Part shown: positions 55,830 to 57,384 of the stretch, piece by piece
Numbering within the stretch: position 1 is the first letter of the stretch
Layout: each line of letters opens with the position of its first letter
DNA from: a virus
Lineage: Duplodnaviria; Caudoviricetes
Length of the DNA: 57,384 nucleotides
Strand: one strand, 5' to 3'
Virus record (IMG/VR): IMGVR_UViG_3300049596_000539
Coordinates: 1-57,384 of that record
Program-made: the position numbers and the translations under genes
The notes under the pieces: generated by a model
What the model was told of the DNA's origin: nothing
The model's database searches: none
Seen by the model: only the letters and a program-made list of their open reading frames with translations

Positions 55830-57384
55830 TGGGCATCCGCATCCAGCTAGGCACTTACGTCTTTGAAGCCACGGATTATTCAGTGGACGAACAGGCGACC
55901 CCGTTGGCGGCAGGAGATTCTTCGGGTAGCGTCGGCTCGATCACATTTACGATTCCCTCGCCTGACCCCTACGCACCCGGGGGCACGGCTAACACCGGCA
56001 ATAACGCCATTCGTGAGTTTGGCCCAGATATCCTGCTTGACCTGCCGGTTACGTTGACGGATTCTCGCAAAGGCTTCACTGTCGGAACGGTGACGGGGGT
56101 CAACCGGACGGATGATTCGGGAACTCTGGCCGTAACCTGCAACTCCCGGCTGGCGGCTCTCAACGTCTACGGGATTCAGGCTCAGCCCTTCGTCGGTACG
56201 TTGGCCGGTGCGTTCGAATACTACCTGGGCCTTGCGAACATTACAACCGATCTGTTCATTGATGACACAATTGCGTCAAGATCCGTAGTATTCCCCGGCT
56301 GGAATGGGGAGCTTTGGTTTTACCTGAAGCAAATGGCGGCGGCACAAGACTGTGATATCTCCCTGGTCTCGGGGATCATCCTCCTCCGCCCTATTCGGGT
56401 TCGCATCGCTTCTCGCGGTCGTGACATTTCTCGGGGTCGGGACATCTCTGCACAAACCCTTGCTCAGGCGGTGGAAGTCTACGAGTACAACAACCGGGCT
56501 ATTACGGGGGAACTTGTGTACCCGCCGGGGGGCTGGAACCCGGAAGTTCAGGTCATGAACGTGAACGCGGGGGAGACGGCAGAGTACACACTGGAATTGT
56601 CGGCGTCGGTGTCCTCCATTGAAGAGCCTGTCATGCAGACGTTCGTGGCTGAAGATTACTCGGCTTCCTCGGTTTACACGGTGGTTGCCAATGATGGGTT
56701 GCCGATTAGCTCCGCGGCCTGGATCAATCACGGGGGCTCTCTCACGGTTACCGTAAATCCGGACACGACCGGCTTGAATGTTGTGCTTCGGGGTGCGGTC
56801 GGTCTCCCCTTGACTACCGGGTCGGAGCCCGCGTCCAATTTCTCAATTGCTTTGGGCTCTGACACTACAGGTAACCGCTACTCCACGTTCCGGATTGTGG
56901 GGGACGGTGTTGCATTCACAAAGACGAAGAAGCGTATTCGGACGGGGGTTCCCGCGAGCAAAACGGCAACGGAAATCGGTGTCACAATCGATAACCCCTT
57001 TATCTCCTCCCGGGATGAACTCTACCGGGCCGGTATCCGAGCCGCCCGTAAGTTCTCAGGCCAAGTTCCCTCTCTCACTGGAACACTTTCGGCTATCAAC
57101 CGACGAGGTGATTCGGGTGTTGCAACCTACCCGACCTATGAGGAGGTGGCAACGGCTCTCGATACGGCACTTGGCGCTCCGACGTATGCGGATGTTAAGA
57201 CTCATTACGTAACCACCCTGGCATTGCCGACGTATGCGGATGTTCGATCCTACTGGGTTGATTTTGTGCGAGATGACTTCACGAATCAGGTGTTCGGAAA
57301 CATCAACGGTGCTCGAATTTACGATAAGAAATCCAGGCGTTGGTACCGGGTGCGCTCGGGTACGGCAACGGCAGATCGCATTTC
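55829..57384 (+). CDS. Minor tail protein (about 563 aa), 5' part; continues across the origin to 263
   Basis: ATG at 55829 overlaps the upstream stop (TAATG); MGIRIQLGTYVFEAT...; in frame with ORF 9..263 through the terminal overlap; second gene after tape measure. Confidence 0.8.
   Translation, partial: MGIRIQLGTYVFEATDYSVDEQATPLAAGDSSGSVGSITFTIPSPDPYAPGGTANTGNNAIREFGPDILLDLPVTLTDSRKGFTVGTVTGVNRTDDSGTLAVTCNSRLAALNVYGIQAQPFVGTLAGAFEYYLGLANITTDLFIDDTIASRSVVFPGWNGELWFYLKQMAAAQDCDISLVSGIILLRPIRVRIASRGRDISRGRDISAQTLAQAVEVYEYNNRAITGELVYPPGGWNPEVQVMNVNAGETAEYTLELSASVSSIEEPVMQTFVAEDYSASSVYTVVANDGLPISSAAWINHGGSLTVTVNPDTTGLNVVLRGAVGLPLTTGSEPASNFSIALGSDTTGNRYSTFRIVGDGVAFTKTKKRIRTGVPASKTATEIGVTIDNPFISSRDELYRAGIRAARKFSGQVPSLTGTLSAINRRGDSGVATYPTYEEVATALDTALGAPTYADVKTHYVTTLALPTYADVRSYWVDFVRDDFTNQVFGNINGARIYDKKSRRWYRVRSGTATADRI
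57258..57384. repeat. 127-bp terminal direct repeat (copy 2)
   Basis: Identical to 1..127. Confidence 0.95.

Noticed and set aside
57258-57384. Biological direct terminal repeat
   Set aside because: Exactly 127 bp and inside a tail CDS; best explained as assembler overlap of a circular or permuted genome
34224-57384. Many long - strand ORFs in the structural arm (and + strand ORFs in the replication arm)
   Set aside because: Shadow frames of well-supported genes in GC-rich DNA, lacking RBS or motifs

Overview
This window is a complete, circularly assembled genome (57,257 bp unique plus a 127-bp terminal overlap) of an apparently lytic siphovirus. No integrase or repressor was recognised. 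The host is most likely an actinobacterium, probably Microbacteriaceae-like; this is inferred from WhiB, NrdH, an M23 lysin without LysB, SigA-type TANNNT promoters and an LPXTG protein. The + strand arm (30.9-57.4 kb, wrapping to 2.9 kb) carries terminase, portal, protease/scaffold, capsid, three glycan-active proteins, connectors, two tail-tube paralogs, a chaperone frameshift, tape measure, minor tail proteins, lysin and holin. The - strand arm (3.0-30.6 kb) carries many small early ORFs plus helicase, phosphoesterase, WhiB, ERF, exonuclease, SSB, primase-helicase, PolA, a RuvC-like nuclease and a DnaQ-like nuclease. There are five free-standing homing endonucleases. The most striking signal is a promoter-headed non-coding RNA cluster between ssb and primase (13161-13493, - strand). 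It contains an 80-nt tmRNA tRNA-like domain with no tag reading frame (G3-U70 Ala acceptor), a hairpin closely matching 16S rRNA helix 16, and a degenerate tRNA-like element. Other notable items are an HNH gene that splits the ERF gene and sits next to a replacement N-terminus, a phage-encoded sortase substrate, candidate SD/anti-SD sRNAs, and many leaderless promoters. All calls come from motif reading by eye; no database searches or folding programs were run.
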